DNA of 55,303 nucleotides from Candidatus Methanophaga sp. AG-394-G06 (GTDB lineage Archaea; Halobacteriota; Syntropharchaeia; Alkanophagales; Methanospirareceae): contig PRCZ01000004.1 in assembly GCA_009903405.1 (NCBI GenBank), forward strand, positions 1-55,303. The letters are read 5' to 3'. A model generated the notes under the pieces. It was not told the origin of the DNA and searched no databases. It was given only the letters and a program-made list of their open reading frames with translations. Position 1 is the first letter of the stretch; each line of letters starts with the position of its first letter. The position numbers and the translations under genes are program-made. Shown here piece after piece: positions 1 through 7,971 of the stretch.

Positions 1-50
1 AAACAAGTTTCTTTAGTAAAGTTTTCTTTTTAAAGAAAAGTTTATTATCG
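1..50. repeat. junction element B, copy 1 (50 nt, A/T-rich, internal ttttcttt/aaagaaaa palindrome)
   Basis: The same 50-mer recurs at 2943-2992. Both copies abut a truncated DUF1616 segment starting PILIVLSVF. Confidence 0.8.
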
Positions 51-152
51 CCTATTCTTATCGTTCTTTCAGTATTCGCGATTTCACTTGCTATAGGGGC
101 GTATGTAAGAAGAAACAGGATTCCAGAGGGGGTTAGAAGAAAAGATTTTTAA
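51..152 (+). pseudogene. DUF1616 membrane-protein fragment
   Basis: Translates PILIVLSVFAISLAIGAYVRRNRIPEGVRRKDF*. Paralogous to 2993-3070 and 6872-6950. It has no start codon and its 5' side is replaced by element B. Confidence 0.6.
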
Positions 153-184
153 GTGCGAAGATAAAATTAGTCCTGGCGATAAAT

Positions 185-379
185 ATGGCAACAAGAGTAA
201 AAGCGATATATGAAGAGGGCATTTTGAAACCATTGGAAAAGCTCGATTTGAAGGAAGGAGAGGAAGTGGAGATAGAGGAGAAGAAGAGCCCAGTTGAGAG
301 ATTAGAAGGGATGATAAGGATCTCTAATAGAAGGTGGGTGAAAGAGCTAATAGAAAGTCCTGATTTGGAGCCAATTTAA
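185..379 (+). CDS. DUF104/AF2212-like antitoxin
   Basis: Carries the KAIYEEGILKPLEKLDLKEGEEVEI signature. Its stop overlaps the ATG of the downstream PIN gene (TAATG). Confidence 0.7.
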   Translation: MATRVKAIYEEGILKPLEKLDLKEGEEVEIEEKKSPVERLEGMIRISNRRWVKELIESPDLEPI

Positions 380-861
380 TGCTGGACAAGATAGAGTCAG
401 GAACAAGGGTATTCGTAGATGCTAACATCTTTCTTTATGAAACTTTTGACCATTGAAGATACGGTAGATTATGCAAAAATTTTTTAGATGATGTAAATAA
501 GGGTAAGTGCAGTGGTATAACCTCTGTGCTGGTGTGCAACGAGATTTTTCATAGGGTTATGCTCGCCGAGGTCGTAGAAAAGTATGGAATAGAGCCTAAA
601 TCTGTTGTACGTCATTTGAAGAAGAATTGGAGTATTATAACAGAATTGAGGAAACCATGGGGTGTTATGTTAAATATCAGACAGATTGAAAACTTGAAAA
701 TCCTTGAAGTAACTGAAGAGGATTTTGAAGTTGCTCTAAGTTATTCTAAAAAATATGGTTTACTCTCGAATGATGCCATACATGTTGCAACGATGACGCA
801 GCATGGAATAACAAACATCGCAACAAAACACTTTCTTTCTACGAGAAAGAACCTGTGCTAA
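379..861 (+). pseudogene. vapC: PIN-domain toxin with in-frame TGA (454-456) and 3' end replaced by element A
   Basis: VFVDANIFLYE and SNDAIHVATM PIN motifs lie in one frame. A TGA occupies codon 26, and the C-terminus runs into the cactttctttct repeat. Confidence 0.6.
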
Positions 862-868
862 GAAAGAG
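829..868. repeat. junction element A, copy 1 (about 38 nt, palindromic)
   Basis: Sequence is cactttctttctacgagaaagaacctgtgctaagaaag. It has terminal inverted repeats cactttctt/aagaaagtg and an inner 8-bp stem ttctttct/agaaagaa. Other copies lie at 1824-1860 (inverted) and 2908-2945. Confidence 0.8.
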
Positions 869-901
869 TGGTGGAAACCTTAAACAAAAATACGGAGAAA
901 A

Positions 902-1290
902 ATGAAAGACAAAACGGTCTGTATTGTTGGTTTAGGCTACGTCAAACTTTTTTGTAAGCAAAGACATTTACTAAAAATGCTTACGCCATTTTTTGCTTCG
1001 CAAAAAGAAATATTTCTTTGGTAACGCTTTTAAAACTTTTTAAAAGAAAGGTTTGTTATGAACATTTACTCAGCAAGGAGGAGATAGCGGGGTTTGGTGT
1101 GAATGCTTTGGATATTTTGGATGTGAAATTTAAAATGGACGGTGTGATTGTGGCGGTTGCGCATGATGAATTCAAGAAGATGGGATTAGAAGATATAGGG
1201 AAGTTTATGAATGATAAGCCTGTGATGATAGATGTGCGAGTGATGTTTGATGTGGGAGAAGGAAAGGGAGTTTATTATAGGGGGTTGTAA
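902..1290 (+). pseudogene. nucleotide-sugar dehydrogenase remnant: 14-codon N-terminal stub, element C, then the C-terminal ~80 codons
   Basis: MKDKTVCIVGLGYV (Rossmann start) runs directly into the repeat. 1018-1290 encodes a typical C-terminus (VIVAVAHDEFKK...DVRVMF...YYRGL). Confidence 0.6.
944..1008. repeat. element C (43-nt unit, about 1.5 copies)
   Basis: Sequence is aaacttttttgtaagcaaagacatttactaaaaatgcttacgc, with a gtaagca/tgcttac hairpin. Two tandem units of the same element lie at 14426-14516. Confidence 0.75.
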
Positions 1291-1418
1291 TGCTCAAATT
1301 AATATTTGACACAAATGCTTTGATCACATCGTGTAAGTTCTATGTGCATTGACTACCAGTCATCAAAGTTTTAAACTGTAATAATATAAAGACAAACATA
1401 GAGGCGAAAAGATAAAAG

Positions 1419-1661
1419 ATGACGCTATACGTAGAAATCACGAAAGGGGGGTATTTATCAATTCCAAAGCGAATCGTCGAGAAGATGCGGTTGAGGGCAG
1501 GCATGCAGTTTAAATTGTTGGCTGGCGAGGATGATGTTCTGGTTTTAAGGCTCGTGCGTGAAGAAGATGCCGAAAGCCAGATAAATGGGGGTTCTTTGTT
1601 GCTACAGCAAGAGGCACTAAAGAACATTTGGGATAGCGAAGAGGAAGATGTCTACGAATAA
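1419..1661 (+). CDS. AbrB/SpoVT-family antitoxin
   Basis: LSIPKRIVEKMRLRAGMQFKLL is a swapped-hairpin motif, followed by an acidic C-terminal tail. No intact toxin gene follows. Confidence 0.55.
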   Translation: MTLYVEITKGGYLSIPKRIVEKMRLRAGMQFKLLAGEDDVLVLRLVREEDAESQINGGSLLLQQEALKNIWDSEEEDVYE

Positions 1662-1823
1662 AAAACTAAAGCTAAGTTTGGGAATAGAGGATTAAGAGTT
1701 AAAATAGATATACTGGATGCATCGAAGACGGTAATTGACTTCTTAGAGCCAATATTGAGTCAAAAACCGTTAGCAAAAGCCGTAAGTTATTAAAAGAACA
1801 ACTTTTCTCGAAGAGAACTTTCA

Positions 1824-1860
1824 CTTTCTTAGCACAGGTTCTTTCTTTAGAAAGAAAGTG
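1824..1860. repeat. junction element A, copy 2 (inverted orientation)
   Basis: ctttcttagcacaggttctttctttagaaagaaagtg is the reverse complement of the 829-868 element. Confidence 0.8.
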
Positions 1861-1862
1861 TG

Positions 1863-1925
1863 GCGTGCGAGGGATGTTTGAGGATGAAGAAGGAAAGGGA
1901 TTTTATTATTTATAGGGGGTTGTAA
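1863..1925 (+). pseudogene. second copy of the dehydrogenase 3' end
   Basis: Paralogous to 1240-1290 (gagggatgtttgaggatgaag...ggggttgtaa) and starts immediately after element A copy 2. Confidence 0.5.
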
Positions 1926-2132
1926 TTTGTACTCTCAAGCTTTAAGCGATGAATACGACTGCATCATATACAACTTATTTATATACAAGGAAACTCGTAG
2001 GCAATAATCGTAATTGCATGATGTGCAGAATGAAAGAAGAAACCATCGTTGGAATCGCAAAGGTGAAGCACCCACAAGACAAGTCTGAGGTTGAAACAGC
2101 ATTAGTTAATTGAAGTTAGGAAACATTTATAG

Positions 2133-2387
2133 ATGAGGAATAAAAAAGTTGAGTTTACCTTGCATGCAGAAGACAAGCTCAAACGCCTTACGAGGATAGG
2201 AGTTACGAAGGAGAAGAGTTTGGAAATCATTGAAAACCCTGAAAAAGTTGTTAGCGGATATTATGGACGCAAGATAGCACAGGGTTTATTAAGCAAAGAT
2301 TTAATATTAAGAGTAGTATATGAAGAAAGAGAGGAGGAAATTATGGTGATTACCGTATATCCAGGCGAAAGGAGGAGATATGAATGA
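2133..2387 (+). CDS. DUF4258-family protein (toxin-like partner of DUF2283)
   Basis: 84 aa with the pattern FTLHAEDKLKRL...ILRVVYEE...VITVY. Overlaps the next ORF by 4 nt (ATGA). Confidence 0.6.
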   Translation: MRNKKVEFTLHAEDKLKRLTRIGVTKEKSLEIIENPEKVVSGYYGRKIAQGLLSKDLILRVVYEEREEEIMVITVYPGERRRYE

Positions 2388-2599
2388 AGGTTAGGTATGA
2401 TAGGGAAGGGGACACATTGGATATGCTCTTAGAAGATGGACAGATACATCATGCAGAAGAGCACGGACAGATAATAGTGAATTATGACGAAAAGGGGAAG
2501 ATAGTTGAGGTAGAGATACTGAACGCCAGCAAATTACTTGGAGGGTTTTTAACAGAAATCCTTAAAGCACCGGAAAGGAAGATAGTTGAAATTGTATAG
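2384..2599 (+). CDS. DUF2283-family protein
   Basis: Pattern is YDREGDTLDMLL...DEKGKIVEVEILNASK. A decayed second copy of the pair lies at 23063-23438. Confidence 0.65.
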   Translation: MKVRYDREGDTLDMLLEDGQIHHAEEHGQIIVNYDEKGKIVEVEILNASKLLGGFLTEILKAPERKIVEIV

Positions 2600-2768
2600 T
2601 CAAGCACACAAATAATTAGGCAAGTACAGAGTGATTTTAGTGAAGTTCGTAGTTCTTTTAAAGTATTCAAGATTTATTGGAGCATAAACAAGAAAAATTA
2701 TGAATGAAATATCCTGATTTTACACGGACCAAAAACCAGATAAAATCTCCTGCTTCTATTTGGAAATT

Positions 2769-2806
2769 GCCCCTTAGCCTTTTGCCTTTAGCCCTTTGCC
2801 CCCCCC
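2769..2806. repeat. P-type heptamer array (CCTTTTG/CCCTTAG units)
   Basis: Sequence is gccccttagccttttgcctttagccctttgcc. The same array type lies at 6501-6539 and 21093-21204. Here and at 6501-6539 it sits just 5' of a DUF1616 start. Confidence 0.7.
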
Positions 2807-2815
2807 TGAAACAAT

Positions 2816-3562
2816 ATGCGGAAACTAAACATACCCTCGGACCTTGCCCTCGTAATCTTCCTTACCCTTTTATGTATACCCTTTGTCCTCATCCCACCCC
2901 TAAACGACACTTTCTTTTACAAAAAGAACCTGTGCTAAGAAAAAACAAGTTTCTTTAGTAAAGTTTTCTTTTTAAAGAAAAGTTTATTATCGCCTATTCT
3001 TATCGTTCTATCAGTATTCACAATTGCACTCGCCATCGGCACGTGGGTAAGAAGGGGCAGGATTCGAGAAGCGGATAGGTTTTGGGTTGATTTTGGAGCT
3101 TTCTTTAAAAGTATAAAAGAATCCTTTAAAACAGCAGATACAAAAGCTGACAAGATATTGACTGCTGTATTGATTATTTCGATCGTGCTTGCGCTCAGCG
3201 TGACCGTTTATGTCATCGTAACGCCAAAAGAAGGCGAGAAGTTCACGGAATTTTATGTGCTCGGTCCCGGTGGTATGGCAGAGGATTATCCGACGAATTT
3301 AACGGTCGGCGAGGAAGGGGAAGTGATCATTGGGGTTGTGAATCACGAATATGCTCCCGTCAACTATCAACTGGAAGTGATACTCAACGGAGAAGTTATA
3401 AATGAAAAGAGCATTGAGCTCATGCATAATGAGACATGGGAAGGTCCTCTTACATTCAGGGCAAAGAAAACAGGAGAAGATCAAAAGTTGGAATTCTTAT
3501 TGTATAAGGAAGGAGTAAAAGATGTATATAGATCGCTTCATTTGTGGGTGGATGTAAAATAG
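2816..3562 (+). pseudogene. DUF1616 protein with its middle replaced by elements A+B
   Basis: The N-terminus is MRKLNIPSDLALVIFLTLLCIPFVLIPPLND. The repeat occupies 2908-2992. An open frame then resumes at PILIVLSVF and runs through the soluble C-domain to HLWVDVK*. Confidence 0.7.
2908..2992. repeat. junction elements A (copy 3) + B (copy 2)
   Basis: cactttcttttacaaaaagaacctgtgctaagaaa is followed by the 50-mer seen at 1-50. Together they replace about 220 bp of DUF1616 coding sequence (compare 6672-6878). Confidence 0.8.
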
Positions 3563-3762
3563 TTTGTGATAAGGGGATTTCCATGTTAATAATAGAAGCA
3601 TCAGAAATAAGAGGAAATGTCCTGTATATTATATCAAAAGAAAATGATATTGCATACATCCAATGTGTGGACCCTGGAGAGTCATATACCGGAGGAGGAA
3701 CCGTTATATTTAAATATTATGTTGAAGAATAAAATTATAGGAATAGATAAAAGGGGGATCTG

Positions 3763-3987
3763 ATGGATGATAAGTTTAAATACAAAGAATTTAAATTAAT
3801 AACGGGTGGGATAATGGAGGAAATAAGTAAAGAAGTAACAGAGATAAAATTCGTGCTAAAGAAGATTGAAAGCATAATAGATGCAAGATTGATAGGTATA
3901 GAAGAAGCAGAAGAGGACGAAATAAAAGAGATAGAGGAGTATGAGAAAAGAAAGAGCGAAGAAAAGATTGAATTAAATGAGTTATAA
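3763..3987 (+). CDS. putative archaeal RelB-like antitoxin
   Basis: Small acidic coiled-coil protein that overlaps the downstream RelE-like ORF by 11 nt. Confidence 0.5.
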   Translation: MDDKFKYKEFKLITGGIMEEISKEVTEIKFVLKKIESIIDARLIGIEEAEEDEIKEIEEYEKRKSEEKIELNEL

Positions 3988-4234
3988 TGTATTTTTGGAG
4001 AGAAAAGCAGAAAAACAGTTGAAAACTTTAAACTCAAGTAGCGGTAGAATAATAAATGAGAAGATAAGCAAACTCAAAAAAGGTTTTTCTCCTGAACTTG
4101 ATATAAAAAAGTTAAAAGGATATAGAAACCATTATCGTTTACGTGTTAGGGGATATAGGATTCTTTTCGAGCTTCAAGAAGGGCATACTATTATAGTTTA
4201 TGCTATTTTGCCAAGAAAGAAAGCATACAAATAA
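3977..4234 (+). CDS. relE: RelE/ParE-family toxin
   Basis: 85 aa. KAEKQLKTL...KKLKGYRNHYRLRVRGYRILFEL...IIVYAILPRKKAY is a typical RelE/StbE pattern. Confidence 0.75.
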   Translation: MSYNVFLERKAEKQLKTLNSSSGRIINEKISKLKKGFSPELDIKKLKGYRNHYRLRVRGYRILFELQEGHTIIVYAILPRKKAYK

Positions 4235-4246
4235 TTAGGAATAGGG

Positions 4247-4273
4247 ATTAAATTTTTCATTGAAAAATTTAAT
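4247..4273. repeat. perfect 27-nt palindrome at a duplication junction
   Basis: Sequence is attaaatttttca-t-tgaaaaatttaat. A partial copy lies at 4581-4607. Each precedes a 5'-truncated DUF1616 C-terminal block (LMHNETWEG). Confidence 0.85.
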
Positions 4274-4745
4274 GCATAATGAGACATGGGAAGGTCCTTT
4301 TACCTTCAAACCGAAGAAAACAGGAGAAGATCAGAAGTTGGAGTTCTTATTATACAAAAACCCTTTTAATAAAAGTGTTTACGGAAAAGAAGATGAGGAA
4401 GAAATATATCGGGCACTTCATTTGTGGGTGGATGTAAAATAGTTTGTGATAAGGGGATTTTCATGTTAATAATAGAAGCATCAGAAATAAGAGGAAAATG
4501 TCCTATATATCAAAAGAAAAGGATATTGCATACATCCAATGTGTGGACCCTGGAGAGCCATATACCAGAGGAGGAACTGTTATATTTTTCATTGAAAAAT
4601 TTAATGCATAATGAGACATGAAAAAGTCCTTTTAAATTTGAAGCTCTGAGAAAAGGAGAAGATCAAAAGTTGGAATTCTTACTTTACAAGGTTGGTGAGG
4701 AAGGGATATACCGATCACTCCATCTATGGGTGGATGTTATTTGAT
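4253..4745 (+). pseudogene. two tandem degenerate copies of the DUF1616 3' end plus the downstream small ORF
   Basis: 4260-4442 and 4600-4745 repeat 3418-3562 (NETWEGP..GEDQKLEFLLYK..LHLWVDV). 4424-4590 repeats 3544-3732. Confidence 0.7.
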
Positions 4746-4800
4746 CAAACTTTTCTAAACAATAAAGAGTATAAAAATGAGGAACATTTATGTATATAAC

Positions 4801-4858
4801 AGATCACAGATCACCCATTACCGATCACGCATTACCCATTACACATCACGCATTACCC
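4801..4858. repeat. H-type heptamer array (ATCACGC/ATTACCC units), C-rich strand on +
   Basis: Sequence is agatcacagatcacccattaccgatcacgcattacccattacacatcacgcattaccc, with 7-nt periodicity. Confidence 0.8.
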
Positions 4859-4875
4859 AAAAGAACGAACTTTAC

Positions 4876-5448
4876 TTACCGCTCTCTCCATCTGCGGTTA
4901 AGCGTCCGATAACCAAACCCGTTGAAAAACACCCTACAAATCGCAAAACCAGCAAGACAGACCAAAATAAGAGTACCCATAATCTCAGATGCAAACACAT
5001 AAGACAGCGCGGGCACGTACGACTTGGTAAACGCAAGGAGAAAATATTCATACCAGTTGTCACCTATTACCGTCCCTTTTGGAAATCCGAATCCATACAA
5101 TGGATAGAATAATGTTGCGGGTATTTCCCACATCTTATCTTCTATCAGGTGCATAAACGCGCCGAATGAAAGGCAAAAGACTGCATCGCGATGATCTTTG
5201 AAGAAGAATCCAAGTAGTACCAATATCAATACGAAGAGCAGCGTATGCCCGAACAATCTTCCATTTGCTACCGATTCGCCAAGCAGAATACGTCCTATCG
5301 GTTTGTCTATCAGGTCTGGGAGGATCGCTCCAAGCGCAACGAACAAATAATTGATCTTCTTCAGTCTTATCCCAATCCTTGGAAGAACTAATTGGAATAT
5401 TATGAATGCAATGCCAAGCGTGATCCCCAGATGTCCAAATACAAACAT
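4876..5448 (-). CDS. membrane-bound metal-dependent hydrolase (YdjM/DUF457-like)
   Basis: 190 aa and polytopic. Contains MFVFGHLGITLG, LPDLIDKP, GHT and MHLIEDK His/Asp motifs. Confidence 0.7.
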   Translation of the reverse strand: MFVFGHLGITLGIAFIIFQLVLPRIGIRLKKINYLFVALGAILPDLIDKPIGRILLGESVANGRLFGHTLLFVLILVLLGFFFKDHRDAVFCLSFGAFMHLIEDKMWEIPATLFYPLYGFGFPKGTVIGDNWYEYFLLAFTKSYVPALSYVFASEIMGTLILVCLAGFAICRVFFNGFGYRTLNRRWRER

Positions 5449-5513
5449 GGTTATACGTTATTTCTATATGATAAAAATCTATTGGATTACGGGAACATTT
5501 TATTGATATAAAA

Positions 5514-5523
5514 TTTATATATA
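5514..5523 (+). promoter_or_regulatory. candidate archaeal TATA box for the 5555 operon
   Basis: tttatatata preceded by an A-rich BRE-like aaaa, about 32 nt upstream of the ATG at 5555. Confidence 0.35.
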
Positions 5524-5554
5524 ATCGAAGTCAATATGATATAGGTGATATGAA

Positions 5555-5797
5555 ATGAATGAATTGGCGATAACTGTTAGGGTTAGAGGAGCTACTGCAA
5601 GGATGTTAGAGGAACTTGTGGAAAAGGGATATTATTCTACAAAAGCGGAGGCACTCCGTGCTGGGATACTTCATCTCGCGGAGGAGTATGGTATGATAGG
5701 TTCTCCTATATACTACCGAAGAATGTTGAAGTCAGAAATCGGGCGGCAAATAAAGCATGAAGAGATAGAGAAAGTGTTAGAGGAGATAGAAGAGTGA
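5555..5797 (+). CDS. vapB: RHH-type VapB-like antitoxin
   Basis: ITVRVRGATARMLEELVEKGYYSTKAEALRAGI is a ribbon-helix-helix pattern. Overlaps the downstream PIN gene by 4 nt. Confidence 0.55.
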   Translation: MNELAITVRVRGATARMLEELVEKGYYSTKAEALRAGILHLAEEYGMIGSPIYYRRMLKSEIGRQIKHEEIEKVLEEIEE

Positions 5798-6225
5798 ATT
5801 TACGTGCATATCTGGATACAAACGTATTCGTTTACGGGTTACTTGAAGATTGTAACTCTTCTATTATATTGTCAACGGCGGAAGCAGGAGCTCTGGAGGT
5901 AGTAGTTTCAGAATTGGAGGTAGAGGAAGTTCAAACGGTTTTTAAACGGCTCGCCGGAAGGGAGGCAGGATTTTATGCCATGAGATATGTCGAGACATTG
6001 GCTGTAAAGATAGTGAAGAGAGAGGAGATGAAGAGCGAGATAACGGAAAATAGAGGTAAGATAAAGGATAAAGATGTGGAAAATGTAGCAGCGGTAAGGC
6101 ATGAACATTTAGAATTCCTGGTCGCTTATGACAGGGACTACGAAGGTGTGCCGGAATACATCACACCAAAGGATTTTATTGAAAGATTTGGAATAGGAAT
6201 AAGAGAGTATGATATAGAATACTGA
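5794..6225 (+). CDS. vapC: PIN-domain toxin
   Basis: YLDTNVFVY, SELEVEEV and VAYDRDY are acidic PIN motifs. Confidence 0.75.
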   Translation: MNLRAYLDTNVFVYGLLEDCNSSIILSTAEAGALEVVVSELEVEEVQTVFKRLAGREAGFYAMRYVETLAVKIVKREEMKSEITENRGKIKDKDVENVAAVRHEHLEFLVAYDRDYEGVPEYITPKDFIERFGIGIREYDIEY

Positions 6226-6250
6226 GAGCTCATAAATACACATAGCAATG

Positions 6251-6539
6251 ATAAGAGGCGAAAGGCTAATGGGTAAAGGGTAACGGGTGATGAGTAACGA
6301 GTAAAGAGTGATGGGTAATGAGTATGTCACGGATTACGGAGAGTTGGGGTGAAGAGTAACGGGGGTTAAGCAAAATGAACGAAACGCAACGATTATGCAT
6401 TGCAGATTACATATTACCGATTACGGATCACGCATCACCGATCACCATTATAATAGAAATATCAAGTATGCTTTCAAAATTGATTTCGGCAAGGTCGAAA
6501 GCCTTTTGCCCTTAGCCATTTGTCTTTCACCATTTCCCC
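6251..6539. repeat. decayed four-helix-bundle gene cassette (arms plus the last ~15 codons of the ORF)
   Basis: G-rich P+H arrays span 6251-6325 and a C-rich H array spans 6405-6448. 6452-6500 nearly matches 21048-21092 (the EISSMLSKLISARSK tail of the gene at 20736-21107). A P array follows at 6501-6539. Confidence 0.75.
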
Positions 6540-6548
6540 AAGAATAAA

Positions 6549-7018
6549 ATGAAAGTCGCCATACCAAAGAACAGAAAGGAAATTAAGCACTTCCCAAACG
6601 ACCTTGCCCTTGTAATCTTCCTCACCCTTTTATGCATACCTTTTGTCCTAATCTCATCCCACCATTAAACGAATCACCGGTAAGAATCATTTTGGGTCTT
6701 CCCCTAGTGCTCTTCCTACCAGGCTACTCTTTAATCGCCGCATTATTCCCAAGAAAAGACGATTTAGATGGGATCGAACGAGTTGCACTCAGCTTTGGAC
6801 TAAGCATTGCAATATCACCATTATTAGGCTTGGCATTGAACTACACACCGTTTGGAATACGATTGACGCCGATACTTATCGTTCTATCAGTATTCACGAT
6901 TGCACTCGCCATCGGCGCGTGGGTAAGAAGAAACAGGATTCCAGAGGAGGATCGATTTGTGGTTGATTTTGGAGTATTATTCAAAAGTATAAAGGAATCA
7001 GCTAATCAATTAAAATAA
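6549..7018 (+). pseudogene. DUF1616 N-terminal membrane module, frameshifted and lacking the C-domain
   Basis: MKVAIPKNRKEIKHFPNDLALVIFLTLLCIPFVLI is followed by a 5-nt insertion (aatct, near 6650) relative to the 2890 copy. Frame 6632-7018 continues PPLNESPVRIILGLP...LNYTPFGI. Confidence 0.6.
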
Positions 7019-7060
7019 TTATAGATGATATATTATACATGATAATAAAGAGGTGATAAG

Positions 7061-7243
7061 ATGGAGATAAAAACAAAAGATGTCCTGAAAAGGATTGGGG
7101 ATTTAGAGCGTGAAATAGAATACATAAAGAGGGATTTGATGCATCTAGCGGAAAAGCCGAAACAGAAGCCTTCACTTTTTGGTAGTGTTCGGGGTGGGGA
7201 TATAACAGATGAGATGATAGAAGAAGCGAAGAAGAATAATTAG
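7061..7243 (+). CDS. putative VapB-type antitoxin
   Basis: 60 aa with the pattern SLFGSVRGGDITDEMIEEAKK. Followed directly by the C-terminal half of a PIN gene. Confidence 0.45.
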   Translation: MEIKTKDVLKRIGDLEREIEYIKRDLMHLAEKPKQKPSLFGSVRGGDITDEMIEEAKKNN

Positions 7244-7394
7244 TTTCAGTCCAGAAATTTTAGAAGAAGTTCTGCACACGCAAATTCCCGAAATACATGA
7301 TAGAATCATTGTTGCCACTGCGAAGTTCTATAAGGCGTGGATATTAACTAAAGAAAAAATAATTCGGGAGTCCGGAGAGGTTGAGAAGTTATAA
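7244..7394 (+). pseudogene. vapC: PIN-domain toxin, C-terminal half only
   Basis: Translates SPEILEEVLHTQIPEIHDRIIVATAKFYKAWILTKEK. The N-terminal half, including the first acidic residues, is missing. Confidence 0.55.
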
Positions 7395-7423
7395 ATGATT
7401 CCAGTAGCGGTGATAGAACCAAG

Positions 7424-7573
7424 ATGAAAACATTAAATATCATGCCCAAACTCAAACACTTCCCAAAAGACTTTGACCTCGCACTCATAATCTTCTTCAC
7501 CCTCTTATGCATACACTTTGTCCTAATCTCACCACTAAACGAAAGGGCGGTAAGAATTAATTTGGATTGTTAA
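7424..7573 (+). pseudogene. DUF1616 N-terminal stub (third copy)
   Basis: MKTLNIMPKLKHFPKDFDLALIIFFTLLCIHFVLISPLNERAVRI then a stop. Collinear with 6549-6690. Confidence 0.6.
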
Positions 7574-7677
7574 TTGATGGCTATTAAACAAAATGGAAGC
7601 GGTAGAAGAAATCGTTAAGATGTGAGAGAAAGAAGGGCTGAAAATAGGTGATTTAATGAGAAGAGAGAAGAGAGAAA

Positions 7678-7971
7678 ATGGATGCTGACAAGATAGAAAG
7701 AGAATTGGAAGAGAAGAAAGTTTACATAAAGAGGGTTTTTCATATTAGTGAAGTAGGAATATTTGGTTCATTTATCAGAGGAGAACAAACCGCAAGCAGT
7801 GATATAGACGTTCTTGTTGAATTTGAAAAGGGACACAAGGATTTTTTTAATTATATGAGATTAAAACATTACCTTGAAGAGCTTCTTGGGAGAAAAGTTG
7901 ACCTGGTCATAAAAAATGCAGTTAAACCAAGATTGAGGGAAAGGATTTTTAGCGAGGTTGAATATGTCTGA
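7678..7971 (+). CDS. mntA: MNT-type nucleotidyltransferase (antitoxin of HEPN-MNT pairs)
   Basis: GIFGSFIRGEQTASSDIDVLVEF is the GSxxRGx..SDxD motif. 97 aa. Confidence 0.8.
   Translation: MDADKIERELEEKKVYIKRVFHISEVGIFGSFIRGEQTASSDIDVLVEFEKGHKDFFNYMRLKHYLEELLGRKVDLVIKNAVKPRLRERIFSEVEYV

Noticed and set aside
454-456. In-frame TGA in the PIN gene as a possible selenocysteine codon
   Set aside because: PIN toxins are not known selenoproteins and no SECIS-like structure was evident. The same gene also has its 3' end replaced by a repeat. A nonsense mutation (possibly TGG to TGA) in a pseudogene is the simpler reading.
2704-2958. ORF 2704-2958 (+) as a proline-rich small protein
   Set aside because: It reads through a P-type heptamer array, then out of frame through the DUF1616 5' stub and element A. 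It is a composite of repeat and pseudogene sequence.
4777-5112. ORFs 4777-5112 (+) and 8131-8370 (+) with striking peptide repeats (ITHYRSRITHY, ITDHALRITNHASRIT)
   Set aside because: They are translations of the heptamer DNA arrays. The arrays occur in both orientations and in no conserved frame. The ORFs also run antisense into the YdjM-like gene or its stub. I treat them as repeats, not CDS.
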